Shown piece after piece: positions 20,849-31,815 of a stretch of 64,000 nucleotides of DNA. The first letter of the stretch is position 1; every line of letters starts with the position of its first letter. The notes under the pieces were generated by a model, which worked only from the letters and a program-made list of their open reading frames with translations, did not search any database and was not told where the DNA came from. The translations under genes were made by a program, and so were the position numbers. The DNA comes from Desulfobulbaceae bacterium (GTDB lineage Bacteria > Bacteroidota > Ignavibacteria > Kapaibacteriales > UBA2268), in assembly GCA_018335795.1 (NCBI GenBank), contig JAGXRP010000006.1, forward strand, positions 22,129 through 86,128, written 5' to 3'.

Positions 20849-21562
20849 TTGATAAACACTACGTTTATAAGGGCTATCCGAGACAATCTCTTTGATTTTG
20901 TCGCTCCTGAGCATTGTGCCATTTGCAATAAACATATCAAACCAAATACTGCTCAGTTCAAAATGCTTTGTAATGCTTGTTTGAATTCAATTCCATATGC
21001 TCCGCCTCCCAATATTATTCGCAATCGTTTGTATGAGCATTTCAGCGAAGAAATGGTGTCAATTGATGGTGCTACTTCTCTTTTATCGCTGAAGGAAAAC
21101 ACACAGTATTTACAAGCGATTCATAAATTCAAATATGAAGGATTGTCTCAATTAGCTTATGAATACGGAAAGTTATTAGGTAGAAGAATGCAAATAGACG
21201 GAATGACTAAATATGAATATATCATTCCCGTGCCGATTCACAAAGTCAAGTATCGTGAGCGCGGTTATAACCAATCGTACTATATCGCTTTGGGATTAAA
21301 TGGATTTGTAAGCGGAGATATGTCTGATGATTTTGTAAGAAGAAATCAATATACTAAGACTCAGACCGCACTCAGTAAAGAGCAACGAAAGCACAACGTA
21401 AGGAATATCTATGAAATTAACAAAAAATTCGACCCTTATGGGAGTCGAATTCTTTTAGTGGACGATGTTTTGACGACAGGCTCTACAATTAACTCGCTTG
21501 CCGCAAGCCTAAAATCTGCAGGAGCCGAGAGTTGTGATTGTGCAACGGTCGCAATTGCTTAA
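20849..21562 (+). CDS. comF: ComF family protein (phosphoribosyltransferase domain with an N-terminal Zn-finger)
   Basis: N-terminal CAICNKH...CNACLNS, and a C-terminal PRTase motif [17 protein letters not shown]. Confidence 0.75.
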   Translation: MINTTFIRAIRDNLFDFVAPEHCAICNKHIKPNTAQFKMLCNACLNSIPYAPPPNIIRNRLYEHFSEEMVSIDGATSLLSLKENTQYLQAIHKFKYEGLSQLAYEYGKLLGRRMQIDGMTKYEYIIPVPIHKVKYRERGYNQSYYIALGLNGFVSGDMSDDFVRRNQYTKTQTALSKEQRKHNVRNIYEINKKFDPYGSRILLVDDVLTTGSTINSLAASLKSAGAESCDCATVAIA

Positions 21563-22854
21563 TAATCGCTGACGATTTCCCAATGCATCACTTTGCGAAG
21601 ATTTTGGAGAAATTCGGCATATAATTTCCGCTTTTTGCTTTCAATTGCATATTGCTCAATTTCGTTAAAATCGTCATTCAAATTAGCTTTGTGAACTACA
21701 TGGAATTTCTTTTTATATATAATATGGTACGACTCTTTTGTAGGGTCTGAAACATACAGCATAGGTTCGCTCAGAGCGCCGTCAGGTAGAGAAGTAACAA
21801 TTGAACGGAGTTTTTCGGGTATATCTTCATAAGGCAATTTGCCGAGAAAACCACCAAAGCCGCGAGTTTCCTTGTCGTCTGAATATAATTTAGCTAATTC
21901 CTCGAAATCTGAGCCCTCTTCGATTTTTTTCTTCAAATCATTCAAAAAATCAATCGCTTTTTGTTTGTCTTCGTTTGATTGGGCGAACTTAAGCAAAATA
22001 TGACGAGTTTTGACTGCTTCAGGACGTTTATCGAGTGTTTGGATAATGTGAAAACCAAATGGTGTCTCGATTGGTAACGAAATCTCGTTGACAGCTAATT
22101 TAAATGCTGCTTTTTCAAATTCGGGGAATAATTTACCACGTTCGAACCAGCCAAGCTCACCACCATCTTCAGCAGTACCGGGGTCTCCACTGTAACGCTT
22201 CGCAAAATCAGCAAAATCAGCACCATTCAAAAGCGAATCGCGTAATTTAACAGCAAAATCAAAAGATGCTTTCTTCGTGTCATCGTCGGATTTGACATTT
22301 TTGACTATATGGTATAATTCATAAGCAGCCGGCATTTCAGGAATTGAATCGCTATTTTGGTTATAAAAGTCTTGAACTTCTTTTTGAGTCACTTTTACTT
22401 CGCTAAACTTAACAGACAAGAGATTTTGCACTAACAAACTATGACGGATTTTCTCTTTGATTTCATTTTTGATTCGGGGAATAGACATGCCGTAAACTTG
22501 CTCTACGCGTTGCTCAGAGCCAAATCTCCTTACTTCAGTCTGGAGGTGCATTTCCATTCTTTGTGTGACTTCTTCATCGGAAATAACGATTGAATCCTGC
22601 TTGGCTTTATAAACCATTAAGAATTGGTCAATCAGACCGTCAAGAATTTGCTTTCTGAGAGTTTTATCATTGATGTCTAGGTTTTTGTCGTACTGCATTA
22701 GTGCACCAATTTGACCATCAATATCGGATTTCATTACGACATCTTCACCAACTATAGCGACAATACGGTCAAGACTTTCGCCAGCTTTTGGTTGGGTGTG
22801 AGCGATATTAATCATCACCGATATAAAAAATATGCTAAGGACTAATAATCTCAT
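21559..22854 (-). CDS. SurA-like periplasmic chaperone / parvulin-type peptidyl-prolyl isomerase
   Basis: Signal peptide, a SurA N-terminal-like region and a PpiC domain ([10 protein letters not shown]). Confidence 0.7.
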   Translation of the reverse strand: MRLLVLSIFFISVMINIAHTQPKAGESLDRIVAIVGEDVVMKSDIDGQIGALMQYDKNLDINDKTLRKQILDGLIDQFLMVYKAKQDSIVISDEEVTQRMEMHLQTEVRRFGSEQRVEQVYGMSIPRIKNEIKEKIRHSLLVQNLLSVKFSEVKVTQKEVQDFYNQNSDSIPEMPAAYELYHIVKNVKSDDDTKKASFDFAVKLRDSLLNGADFADFAKRYSGDPGTAEDGGELGWFERGKLFPEFEKAAFKLAVNEISLPIETPFGFHIIQTLDKRPEAVKTRHILLKFAQSNEDKQKAIDFLNDLKKKIEEGSDFEELAKLYSDDKETRGFGGFLGKLPYEDIPEKLRSIVTSLPDGALSEPMLYVSDPTKESYHIIYKKKFHVVHKANLNDDFNEIEQYAIESKKRKLYAEFLQNLRKVMHWEIVSDY

Positions 22855-24890
22855 TTTCCGCTTTTGTATTGGTTAATGACTTCATCAATTACTTTTTGAT
22901 TAATTTTGACGTTGAATTTCTTGTTTAGTTTTGCTAGCCATTCAGAGTTAAGATTTTTTTGACGAATCTCTTGAATTCTTGGAGCGAAACGGCTTTTAGC
23001 TTCTTCGAATGTCATTTGACGCTGAGGAAATACCTCATTAACTTTTACAATCGAATAACCGCGTTCATTTTGGAACGGCGGAATTAATCCACCTGATTTA
23101 ATATTCATTTCATTTGCCTTTTGGGCAAATAGATTGTTTTGTGTATTTACCACACCCCAATTGCCGTTTTTCTCTCTGTAACCCGCTCTTTGTGTTTCGG
23201 TTGAAGCAATTTGGCCGAAATCTTCACCATTTTTGACCCTATCATAAATTGCTTTAGCATCCTCTTCTTTTATAACATAAATTTCAGAAATATCATAGGA
23301 TAAGTCTGTCATGTATTTGGATTTTGTCGAATCGTAGTATGCACGAGCAAGTGCCAAATCTTCACTATTTAATCTGTCCCATACTTCTAAAGCTTCAACT
23401 TTGAACAGCATTATGCCATCACGAAACTCTTTCATCAATGCAGCAAATTCGGGATAATCTTTCTCAAGATTTTTTGTAGCTTCATCGAATGCAATATTGT
23501 CAACTTTGTAATTTATTGCTTTTCTGATTCCTGCTTCATTCAAAGCAGCGCCTCTCATCGAACCGTCAGTATTTAATATATTTACAAATTCAGCAACACT
23601 TACTTTCATTTTCAAAATCTCATATAAAGTCTTTTTTTGCATATCTTGAGGTATCTTCTTATCCCAATTTTTTTCCATATTTGTCTTGTTAGTATCAAGA
23701 TAATTGAGCATGTCAAACATGACTTCATCATTGAGCTTATATCCGTATGCTAATTTGAGCGAATCCATTAATTTATTTTTATCGGGCGTATAATATAAAG
23801 TTTTGTAAAGTTTTTTCAAACCATCAATTTCAGCCTCCGGTAAAGGTAACATTGAATCTTCGAGATAAATCAAATGATACCCGAAAGCAGTCTTGACCGG
23901 TTCAGAATATTCACCTTTTTTCATTTTATAAACAGCATTTTCAAATTCGGCAACCAATGGCAATTCACTTGCTTGCAAGCCCGTTGAACGCGAGTAGTAA
24001 CCTCCTAAATCTCCACCTTTCTCGGCTGAAGCAATGTCATCGGAATTTTCGAGAACTAATTTGTCGAAGTCTGCACCTTTTTGGAGTAATTTGTAAAGGC
24101 TGTCGGCTTTTTTGCGAGCATCTTCATCAGTACGGTTTTCATTGACAGTGACTAAAAGGTGACGAGGTTTAGTGATAATTCTATCCGCAACATCGTAAAC
24201 CTTGATAAAGAAAAAACCAAAATCTGTTTCGACAGCTTCAGGATAAACTTGTCCTTTGCCTGTTTTGTAGATTGCATTTTCGATTGGGCGTTGCACCTTG
24301 CCTGAAGTGATATAATTTTGGATTAAGCCACCCAAACTGCCTGTTCTTTTATCATCAGAATATGTTTTTGCCAATTCTTCAAAACTTTCACCTGCTTTTA
24401 GTTTTTGTGTCAACAAATCAACTTTCTCTTTTGGAGTCATTGTTTCGGTATCGTCTTCGGGAGTGTGTCTGATAAGGATTATACCTACTTGATATTCCTT
24501 TTTTCGCATCTCAAGGAAGCGTTCTATTGCAGGGTTGACAAGGACATGGTCATAATAAAACGATTCGGCTAATATTTTGCGATTTTGATTGATGTCTGCC
24601 ATAACTGACGAATCTTTTTCAAATCCACGGCTGTATGCATCGGATACTTTGAGTCTGAACCCTATATACAAATTAATGAAATCCATAACACTATCGCGAC
24701 CGATTTCAAAAAATGGTTTATCGCTTCTATTAATACTTTTGCGGTAAGCTTTGTCCAAATCAAAAGCAGTAAGTTTTTCTTTGCCAACCTCGGCAACAAT
24801 TTGACTTTTTAAATATGCTTCATTCGGCGCAGATAGAATGGTTTGGGATGTAATAAAAATCGTAATTGCAAGTAAAAAAGTAAATTTCAT
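22851..24890 (-). CDS. Periplasmic parvulin-type PPIase/chaperone (PpiD/SurA-like, two PpiC domains)
   Basis: Signal peptide and two rotamase motifs ([20 protein letters not shown]). It has a 4-bp overlap with the downstream SurA-like gene. Confidence 0.7.
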   Translation of the reverse strand: MKFTFLLAITIFITSQTILSAPNEAYLKSQIVAEVGKEKLTAFDLDKAYRKSINRSDKPFFEIGRDSVMDFINLYIGFRLKVSDAYSRGFEKDSSVMADINQNRKILAESFYYDHVLVNPAIERFLEMRKKEYQVGIILIRHTPEDDTETMTPKEKVDLLTQKLKAGESFEELAKTYSDDKRTGSLGGLIQNYITSGKVQRPIENAIYKTGKGQVYPEAVETDFGFFFIKVYDVADRIITKPRHLLVTVNENRTDEDARKKADSLYKLLQKGADFDKLVLENSDDIASAEKGGDLGGYYSRSTGLQASELPLVAEFENAVYKMKKGEYSEPVKTAFGYHLIYLEDSMLPLPEAEIDGLKKLYKTLYYTPDKNKLMDSLKLAYGYKLNDEVMFDMLNYLDTNKTNMEKNWDKKIPQDMQKKTLYEILKMKVSVAEFVNILNTDGSMRGAALNEAGIRKAINYKVDNIAFDEATKNLEKDYPEFAALMKEFRDGIMLFKVEALEVWDRLNSEDLALARAYYDSTKSKYMTDLSYDISEIYVIKEEDAKAIYDRVKNGEDFGQIASTETQRAGYREKNGNWGVVNTQNNLFAQKANEMNIKSGGLIPPFQNERGYSIVKVNEVFPQRQMTFEEAKSRFAPRIQEIRQKNLNSEWLAKLNKKFNVKINQKVIDEVINQYKSGK

Positions 24891-24913
24891 GATATAAATT
24901 ATGTTAAGTTAAA

Positions 24914-24921
24914 CAAACATA
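24914..24921 (-). promoter_or_regulatory. Candidate Bacteroidetes-type -7 promoter element (TAnnTTTG) for the PPIase operon
   Basis: The minus strand reads TATGTTTG about 25 nt upstream of the ATG at 24890, with TTG triplets about 20 bp further upstream. Confidence 0.25.
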
Positions 24922-24982
24922 TTGACAATAAGACAAAAAAAACAAATTGTTATTTCACATATGACGAATAAAACTAAATTTG

Positions 24983-26344
24983 TTAAACATCGAAACAATC
25001 TACCAAATCGCAAATATTTCCGGCTCCAATTGTCAAGAATACATCGCCCGGCTTAACAATATCGAAAATACTTGCTCGGACTTCGTCCAAAGTTTTAATA
25101 AAATGAACATTGCTCTTCCCGCTTTCAATCAGTCTATTGGCAATCAATTTTCCGGTAACACCTTCGATAGCTTGTTCTCGAGCTGGATAGATTTCGGTAA
25201 TAATCACAACATCAGCATCATCAAAAGATTCGGCAAATTCGCGATACATTGCCTGTGTTCTTGTGAAAGTGTGCGGTTGGAAAGCTACTACAATTCGTCT
25301 GCCATAAGATTTGGCAGCATTTAAAGTCGCCTTCACTTCAGTCGGGTGATGTGCATAATCATCTATGACAAGAACCCCACCGAACTCACCACGAACATCA
25401 AATCTACGATAAACACCGTTGAAAGCTTCGAGTGATTGCTTAATAATTTGGAAATCAATTCCCATTTTGTGTGCAACTGAAATTGCTGCAAGAGCATTTT
25501 TGATATTGTGAATTCCGGGAACCTTGAGATGAATATCGCAAATTATTTTTTCATTGCAAATTAGGTTGAATCGTGCACCACTTTGGCTTTCTACAATATT
25601 TGTAGCACGATAATACGAATCCTCGCCAATTCCAAATGTAACAGATTTGCGTTTCAAATCATCGGAAATTTTTTGTACTCCAACATCATCACTTCCAATC
25701 ACTACAAGCCCATAAAATGGAACTTTGTTGGCGAATTCTGTAAAAGTTTTCCGAATGTCTTCTATATCGGTGTAAATATCAAGATGTTCCGCTTCAATAT
25801 TGTTGATTATAGCAATTGTGGGCTGTAATTGCAAAAAGGACCTGTCGTATTCGTCGGCTTCGACGATTGTCCACTCCCCTTTACCGAGACGAGCATTTGT
25901 GCCACCAAAATCACGCAATCTGCCACCAACGATTACAGTCGGGTCAATACCGGCATTGATAGCTATGAGAGCAATCATTGACGTAGTCGTGGTTTTACCG
26001 TGAGTACCGGCAACAGCAACGCAGTAGTTCAATCTTGATACTTCAGCAAGCATTTCTGCACGTCGAATAATTGGTATACCCAAATCGGAAGCACGAACCG
26101 TTTCCGGATTTGTATATGGATTAACTGCACTTGAATACACAACGACTTCAGCATTATGAATATTTTCAGCATTATGCCCAATAAATACTTTGGCGCCCTT
26201 TGAGCGGAGTTCTCGCACGTTGTCGGATTCGCTCATATCAGAGCCGCTCACAGAAAAGCCTTGTTGCAATAATATTTCTGCGATACCGCTCATGCCAATA
26301 CCGCCAATTCCTACAAAATGAATTCTATTTACGCTTTTAAACAT
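24983..26344 (-). CDS. murC: UDP-N-acetylmuramate--L-alanine ligase
   Basis: N-terminal HFVGIGGIGMSGIAEIL, a Mur ligase central domain GTHGKTTTTSM and a C-terminal domain. Confidence 0.9.
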   Translation of the reverse strand: MFKSVNRIHFVGIGGIGMSGIAEILLQQGFSVSGSDMSESDNVRELRSKGAKVFIGHNAENIHNAEVVVYSSAVNPYTNPETVRASDLGIPIIRRAEMLAEVSRLNYCVAVAGTHGKTTTTSMIALIAINAGIDPTVIVGGRLRDFGGTNARLGKGEWTIVEADEYDRSFLQLQPTIAIINNIEAEHLDIYTDIEDIRKTFTEFANKVPFYGLVVIGSDDVGVQKISDDLKRKSVTFGIGEDSYYRATNIVESQSGARFNLICNEKIICDIHLKVPGIHNIKNALAAISVAHKMGIDFQIIKQSLEAFNGVYRRFDVRGEFGGVLVIDDYAHHPTEVKATLNAAKSYGRRIVVAFQPHTFTRTQAMYREFAESFDDADVVIITEIYPAREQAIEGVTGKLIANRLIESGKSNVHFIKTLDEVRASIFDIVKPGDVFLTIGAGNICDLVDCFDV

Positions 26345-26349
26345 GATTT

Positions 26350-27237
26350 CTAATTTGATTTTTTAATGATTTCTTCAACTTTTTCGATAAAAACGTGCGG
26401 TTTGAGTACGTCATATTCCATGACAAATTTACCAACAAGCTCGCCTTTCGGACTTAAGATGTATAAAATAGGTCGCGTAGAAAATGTCCGTTTGTCCGTA
26501 AACATATTGTCAGAAAGTGGTTGATAAGTTTTCAATGGGTCATTTTCATTTTTGGGGTCAGCTAGAAATTTAAGCTTTTCAAAATCCTTTTTATCGTAAG
26601 ACATTGCAACTGCTACTTCGTAATTATCCATAGCAAATTTAAAATTCGTATCATTGAGCATTAATTCATGAATAAAAAAGTTGTCGTTCAGATAATTGCT
26701 CATCAAAAGCATTACATTTTTGCCACTTTGTTTGGATTGAGATAAAGCATTTTCTAAAATCTGTAATTTGTTAATTTTTAATTTCTCCAAATTCTCGAGC
26801 ATAGAAATAAAATTTTCGTACGAGGTACTTGTGGATACAAATGACAAAATTCTGCTCTGATTATCAGCTACGAAATCAAACCTTGATGTGCTAATCCCAA
26901 AATCTTCTAATAAAGCTGCTTTCTCGTTGTTGTCATCTAAGTTGAATCTGACAGGTATAAATTCTTTTTGCAAATATTCAGTAACTTGTTCGTTATTAAA
27001 CAATGTGGTATATCTCATTTTTGAATTTGCATCCCATCTAGAGTATATATTTACATAAATGAATTTACCGGTTTTTGATGCTTCTGTTTGTGCTTTCTTA
27101 AATGTTAACCATTCAATATCGCTTTTCATTTCCCGAACATAGAAAACAAAGGCTATGATAAACGATATAACAGATATAGATAAAATAATAAGAAAATTTC
27201 GAGCTTTAAGTTGTTTAATCATTTCCGGACCTGTCAA
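26350..27237 (-). CDS. Hypothetical membrane-anchored protein with two thioredoxin-fold-like repeats lacking CxxC
   Basis: N-terminal TM helix, then two ~110-aa repeats (…FIYVNIYSRWDANSKM… and …VMLLMSNYLNDNFF…) resembling thioredoxin-like folds without catalytic cysteines. It overlaps the upstream permease gene by 23 bp. Confidence 0.45.
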   Translation of the reverse strand: MTGPEMIKQLKARNFLIILSISVISFIIAFVFYVREMKSDIEWLTFKKAQTEASKTGKFIYVNIYSRWDANSKMRYTTLFNNEQVTEYLQKEFIPVRFNLDDNNEKAALLEDFGISTSRFDFVADNQSRILSFVSTSTSYENFISMLENLEKLKINKLQILENALSQSKQSGKNVMLLMSNYLNDNFFIHELMLNDTNFKFAMDNYEVAVAMSYDKKDFEKLKFLADPKNENDPLKTYQPLSDNMFTDKRTFSTRPILYILSPKGELVGKFVMEYDVLKPHVFIEKVEEIIKKSN

Positions 27238-27997
27238 TATTTATTAGACTGAAATGCAAGTAGGATAAAGCACCAAAGAATGTTAATGCAGCAATTCCCC
27301 AAAAGAATTGTTCGACGGGGAAAGAATCCTTCAAACTATAAAAACTTGCAGCATTGGCAAATCCGTTTGGAAAGAAAAATTCATTGAATACTCCTAACAT
27401 TGGCGAATCCCACAAAAAATTCGCAAGAATTCCATTGATGATAGCACTATCAAAAAACATCCAAATTGCAAGCAAAAGCACATTAAAAAATTTGCTCAAG
27501 AAGCATGAAAACCAAATCGAGATACTTATGAAAAGTATTCCCTCCAGATATGCGAAGAACCAAATGGACATGACAGCAAATAAATTAAAATCAATTCCTT
27601 TGGCTGTAAACGAGAACACAACAAGTGGAATAAAACAAAATGCTATGGTAAAGAGCAAAAGTAAAAGTGATGCGTAAATATATTTTGATGCTAGAACTGT
27701 CTGCCTTTCGACAGGTCTTGAAAAAACAGTTCGGAACCAAAAATTGCTGACATCATTTGCAATGATTCCCGGAGTTATGAAGAAAATCGAAAATGGAACC
27801 ACGAATTTCAACACACCACTAAAAACGTCCTTTAAAGCGAAAAAGCCGGCAGCTTCGCTATTGAAAAAGCCAAGCCATGACGGTAACATTGCAACCAAAA
27901 CGCCGAGTATAGTCACAACTGATAGTATTATGATTTTGGGCAGTGTAAAATATCTTGTGAATTCTGCTTTGAGAATTGCAGTTAATTGAGTTTTCAT
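27215..27997 (-). CDS. ABC-2 family transporter permease
   Basis: 260-aa protein with 6 TM helices, with a 4-bp overlap with the upstream ABC ATPase. Confidence 0.6.
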   Translation of the reverse strand: MKTQLTAILKAEFTRYFTLPKIIILSVVTILGVLVAMLPSWLGFFNSEAAGFFALKDVFSGVLKFVVPFSIFFITPGIIANDVSNFWFRTVFSRPVERQTVLASKYIYASLLLLLFTIAFCFIPLVVFSFTAKGIDFNLFAVMSIWFFAYLEGILFISISIWFSCFLSKFFNVLLLAIWMFFDSAIINGILANFLWDSPMLGVFNEFFFPNGFANAASFYSLKDSFPVEQFFWGIAALTFFGALSYLHFSLINIDRSGND

Positions 27998-28719
27998 ATA
28001 AATCTCCTTTCGGATTCGTATCTTCTGAATGCTTCTTCTATAAATCCGGGACCTGCTTCAGATGTAAGCACGTTGCCTTTCAGTTCGCCGGAATCAATGA
28101 ATAGAATTCGGTCGGAGACCTTTTCTACTTCGGTCAGATGGTGAGAACTGAATAATATCGTCATGCCTGATTTTTTTTGTTCAGAAATAAAATCCCGCAA
28201 TTCAAAAACAGAGGGCGGGTCAAGTGCTGCAGTAGGTTCATCGAGAACTACTAATTTGGGTTTGCCGATGAACGAAGAAATCAGTTCAACTTTTTGCCTC
28301 ATGCCCTTCGATAAACTAACGAGAGATTTATCTTCGGCTTGGGACAATTTGAAATATTCCAACATAGTATAGATTTGTTCATCATTATTTGGGAATCCTG
28401 CTAAAATCGAATTCAAAACTAAAAAATCGAATGTTTTCATTGTTTTCGAGCGATATTGATTATCGGATTGGAACCCTACAAGTTGTTTGAATCTAAAATC
28501 TTGGTTATCAATACCGAAAACAGATACCGAACCGCTATCAGCATTATCAAATCCCATTATGATTCTGATAAGCGTAGTTTTGCCGGCACCATTGGGACCA
28601 ATAAGCCCAACAACTTCACCCGGATTAATATCTACGTCAAAATCAATCAAAGCACGAGTCGGCATTTTCGACTTTATGTTAAATGTCTTGTTTAATTTAC
28701 TAATTTCAATAGCTTTCAT
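27994..28719 (-). CDS. ABC transporter ATP-binding protein
   Basis: Walker A GPNGAGKTT, ABC signature LSKGMRQKV and Walker B VVLDEPTAALD. Confidence 0.85.
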   Translation of the reverse strand: MKAIEISKLNKTFNIKSKMPTRALIDFDVDINPGEVVGLIGPNGAGKTTLIRIIMGFDNADSGSVSVFGIDNQDFRFKQLVGFQSDNQYRSKTMKTFDFLVLNSILAGFPNNDEQIYTMLEYFKLSQAEDKSLVSLSKGMRQKVELISSFIGKPKLVVLDEPTAALDPPSVFELRDFISEQKKSGMTILFSSHHLTEVEKVSDRILFIDSGELKGNVLTSEAGPGFIEEAFRRYESERRFI

Positions 28720-28733
28720 TTCAAAATATGTGT

Positions 28734-29582
28734 TTATGAATAATACTGAGAACGTCGGTCTGCAAAAATATCATTAAATTCGTTAAAAGATTTGTTTCTT
28801 GTCTTGATTGGATCAATTTCAGCTGAAATAACCTCTACCGAATCGGATAGTGCTTTAGCTAAAACACTGCCATTGTATGAATAAATTTGGCTGCTACCGT
28901 TGAATAAAAGTTCCTGTCCGTTCCTATTTTCAATACCAATCCGATTTGCGACGGCTAAATAGACTTTGTTCTCCAAGGCTCTTGCAGGAGTTGCTATATG
29001 CCAAACATTGGTAACCAAATTTGAGGGGCAAACAATTAGGTCTGCACCATTCAATGCTAAAGTTCGAGAAGCTTCGGGGAATCTCCAGTCATAGCATATC
29101 ATTGTGCCAATCTTAATTTCAGGCTCGATACTTTCGATTACAAAAAAGCCTTTGTCGCCTTCGTCGAAAATGAATCTCTCTCTAAAAAACAGATGTGTTT
29201 TACGATATACATTGTTTAATTGTGGGTTTGGTAGTAGTATAGCGGCAGAATTATACAGCTTATCATCACTGATTTCCGGGAAACCGATTACAATAATCTT
29301 TTTTTTCACAATGGCGATGTTTTTCAATTCAATAAAAATTAAGTCATTGACTTCTGAAGCAAATTTTTTGGCTTCATCTCTCGAAACGAAGTCATAACCT
29401 GTAAGACAAAGCTCGGGAAAGACGATAATATCAGATTTGTCATCACTAATAGTATTCAAAATTTTTGAATAGTTTGCTTCTATTTCGCCAAACTTAGGCT
29501 CGAATTGTACTACGGAAATAAACATTTTTTGTACTTGTTGTTTGAACAGAAACAAAAATGACAAAAAATAATGAGAGTGCAA
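28734..29582 (-). CDS. Carbon-nitrogen hydrolase family protein (nitrilase superfamily)
   Basis: Catalytic triad context FPELCLTGYD (Glu), K in the central region and ICYDWRFPE (Cys). The likely true start is M20 at 29525. Confidence 0.8.
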   Translation of the reverse strand: MHSHYFLSFLFLFKQQVQKMFISVVQFEPKFGEIEANYSKILNTISDDKSDIIVFPELCLTGYDFVSRDEAKKFASEVNDLIFIELKNIAIVKKKIIVIGFPEISDDKLYNSAAILLPNPQLNNVYRKTHLFFRERFIFDEGDKGFFVIESIEPEIKIGTMICYDWRFPEASRTLALNGADLIVCPSNLVTNVWHIATPARALENKVYLAVANRIGIENRNGQELLFNGSSQIYSYNGSVLAKALSDSVEVISAEIDPIKTRNKSFNEFNDIFADRRSQYYS

Positions 29583-29660
29583 AGTCGTTATAAAAAAATG
29601 CTAAAAGTTTATATATTTTTGTGTAATTAAAAAAAAAGTGTTAAATTGTACTTGATAAAG

Positions 29661-29678
29661 GTGTAATATTTTTTACAC
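29661..29678. promoter_or_regulatory. Candidate CRP/FNR-family-like operator GTGTAA-N6-TTACAC in the divergent promoter region
   Basis: It is a perfect 6-bp inverted repeat with a 6-nt spacer (gtgtaatattttttacac), about 100 bp upstream of the NlpC/P60 start and about 80-140 bp upstream of the CN-hydrolase start. Confidence 0.3.
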
Positions 29679-29720
29679 ACTTTTGAAAAATGGTAAAGAT
29701 TTAAAGTTATATTTGTACAT

Positions 29721-29735
29721 ATGTGTTAAACACAT
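29721..29735. promoter_or_regulatory. Perfect 15-bp palindrome ATGTGTTaAACACAT in the divergent promoter region
   Basis: It is a 7-1-7 palindrome 43 bp upstream of the NlpC/P60 ATG and shares the TGTG/CACA half-site with the upstream site. Confidence 0.3.
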
Positions 29736-29777
29736 TTAAACATAAAAAGTTTCAAAATGAGAATTAAAAGGTGAAAT

Positions 29778-30617
29778 ATGAGATTGAAAGCATTGTTAAA
29801 TAAATCAATTGTCCTGACTACTATTGCATTAATAACATTCATAAGCCTCACTGATGATGCTTCCGCTCGCAAAAGGCGAAAGTATGACCCCAAGAAAACA
29901 CGCGAAGAAGCTATTCAAATTATCCGTTCAAGTTCCGAAAATCTCTGTGAAATCGCAGGACTCGACCCGATTGTCGAACATAGCGATTCATTGCTCCAAA
30001 ACGATTTGATGAACCATGCAGAAGACCTTGATGAAACTACAGAAATCGGTGATTTCGGCGAAGACATTGATGAACTGGAAACTGAAGATGATGTAATTGT
30101 TGATATTGATTCTTTCAAAATGCTTTGGCTTTCGTATATTGACGACCATATTCAATCACCGTACATAGAATCGGGCATCAGAAAAGATGAATTGATGGAT
30201 GAAATCATGGAATGGCTTGGCACTCCTTATAGATTTGGAGGCACAACTACTCGTGCAATTGATTGCTCAGCATTCACTCAAAAAATATTCCTTAGCTCAG
30301 CTAGTATTTTGATACCTAGAGTTGCTCGCGAACAGATTAACATCGGAAGAAAAATCCCCAGAAATCAACTTGAATTCGGCGACATGGTATTTTTCCATAC
30401 TTATTCACGCAGATTTGCCTCGCACGTTGGAATCTACTTAGGTGATAATCTTTTCGCTCATGCAAGTTCAAGATTTGGAGTAACAGTATCATCATTAGAA
30501 TCTTCTTATTACAAGAAGAATTTCATTGGTGGCAGAAGAATTACAGCTAAAGACGTTGCGAATTTGAGCATAAACAAACCCGATGTACTCAACGCAGAAG
30601 TAAACCCAAAAGATTAA
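29778..30617 (+). CDS. NlpC/P60 family cell-wall peptidase with an acidic N-terminal region
   Basis: Signal peptide and an Asp/Glu-rich linker. The C-terminal C40 domain has the catalytic Cys in AIDCSAFTQ and His in HVGIYLGDNLFAHAS. Confidence 0.8.
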   Translation: MRLKALLNKSIVLTTIALITFISLTDDASARKRRKYDPKKTREEAIQIIRSSSENLCEIAGLDPIVEHSDSLLQNDLMNHAEDLDETTEIGDFGEDIDELETEDDVIVDIDSFKMLWLSYIDDHIQSPYIESGIRKDELMDEIMEWLGTPYRFGGTTTRAIDCSAFTQKIFLSSASILIPRVAREQINIGRKIPRNQLEFGDMVFFHTYSRRFASHVGIYLGDNLFAHASSRFGVTVSSLESSYYKKNFIGGRRITAKDVANLSINKPDVLNAEVNPKD

Positions 30618-31778
30618 TTATCTCACTTTAAATGTTGTAAGAGTTATAATTGCAAGCATCACTGCAATTATGTAGAATCTTGTTACAATCTTTGATTCGT
30701 GCCATCCACTCTTTTCAAAATGATGGTGAATAGGTGCCATCTTAAATAGTCGCTTCCCAACTCCATACTTCTTCTTGGAATATTTGAAATAGCTGACTTG
30801 GATAATTACAGAAAGAGCTTCAGCAAAGAAAATACCGCCAATGATGGGCAACAAGAATTCTTTCTTAATCAAAATCGCAAGTCCACCTATAGCTCCACCA
30901 AGAGCTAAGGAACCTGTATCGCCCATAAAAACTTGCGCCGGATATGAATTATACCACAAAAAGCCAAGTGCCGCACCAACCAAAGCAACCGCAAATACAG
31001 TCAATTCCCCGGTCTCTCTCAAATATACTACATTAAGATATTCAGAAAAACGCACATTCCCGGTGACATATGCTATCAAAGCTAAGACTAAAGCTGCAAT
31101 GCCAACAGTTCCGATGGATAGGCCGTCCAAACCATCAGTCAAATTGACGGCGTTCGATGTGGCGGTAAGAATGAAAATTACCATAGGGATATACATGAAT
31201 TGGAAATTGAAATTAAGGTTCTTTTCAAATGGAACCGTAGTCAGCGTATTATAATTGTGAAAATCTTGCGAGAACCAATCAGGACAAAAGTATATTGCCG
31301 AGCCGAGAATGATGCCTATGGATACCTGCCCAATGATTTTATATCTGCCAATCAAACCTTGGGGATATTTTTTAATCACCTTCAAATAATCATCTATGAA
31401 ACCCACAACACCCAGCCAAATTGTAGTAAGAAGTATCATTATTATAAACATATTTGATAAGTCTGCCCATAGCAATGTCGGAATGATAAGTGCTGAAAGA
31501 ACAATCAATCCACCCATTGTGGGAGTTCCGGCTTTGGTAGAGTGATTGCCGACGTTCCGAAGCTCGTTTTTGGATTGCTCCCCTATCTGATGCTTAGTTA
31601 ATTTTCGCAGTATTATCGGTCCAACGATGAAGCTTATTAATAGGGCTGTTATGGCGGCTAATGCCGAACGAAAAGTGATATATTGGAATAGACCGAATCC
31701 GGGTGGGTCAAAAGTCTTCCAAATCCAATTAAACAAATAATAGAGCATTAATTCAGTTTTTAGATTTTGAACAAACAC
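30618..31778 (-). CDS. mraY: Phospho-N-acetylmuramoyl-pentapeptide transferase
   Basis: 386-aa polytopic membrane protein with MraY motifs (…NAVNLTDGLDGL…, HHHFE near the C-terminus). Confidence 0.9.
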   Translation of the reverse strand: MFVQNLKTELMLYYLFNWIWKTFDPPGFGLFQYITFRSALAAITALLISFIVGPIILRKLTKHQIGEQSKNELRNVGNHSTKAGTPTMGGLIVLSALIIPTLLWADLSNMFIIMILLTTIWLGVVGFIDDYLKVIKKYPQGLIGRYKIIGQVSIGIILGSAIYFCPDWFSQDFHNYNTLTTVPFEKNLNFNFQFMYIPMVIFILTATSNAVNLTDGLDGLSIGTVGIAALVLALIAYVTGNVRFSEYLNVVYLRETGELTVFAVALVGAALGFLWYNSYPAQVFMGDTGSLALGGAIGGLAILIKKEFLLPIIGGIFFAEALSVIIQVSYFKYSKKKYGVGKRLFKMAPIHHHFEKSGWHESKIVTRFYIIAVMLAIITLTTFKVR

Positions 31779-31815
31779 TAATTTAAAAAGAAATTAGCAC
31801 TTATTGATGTGAAAA

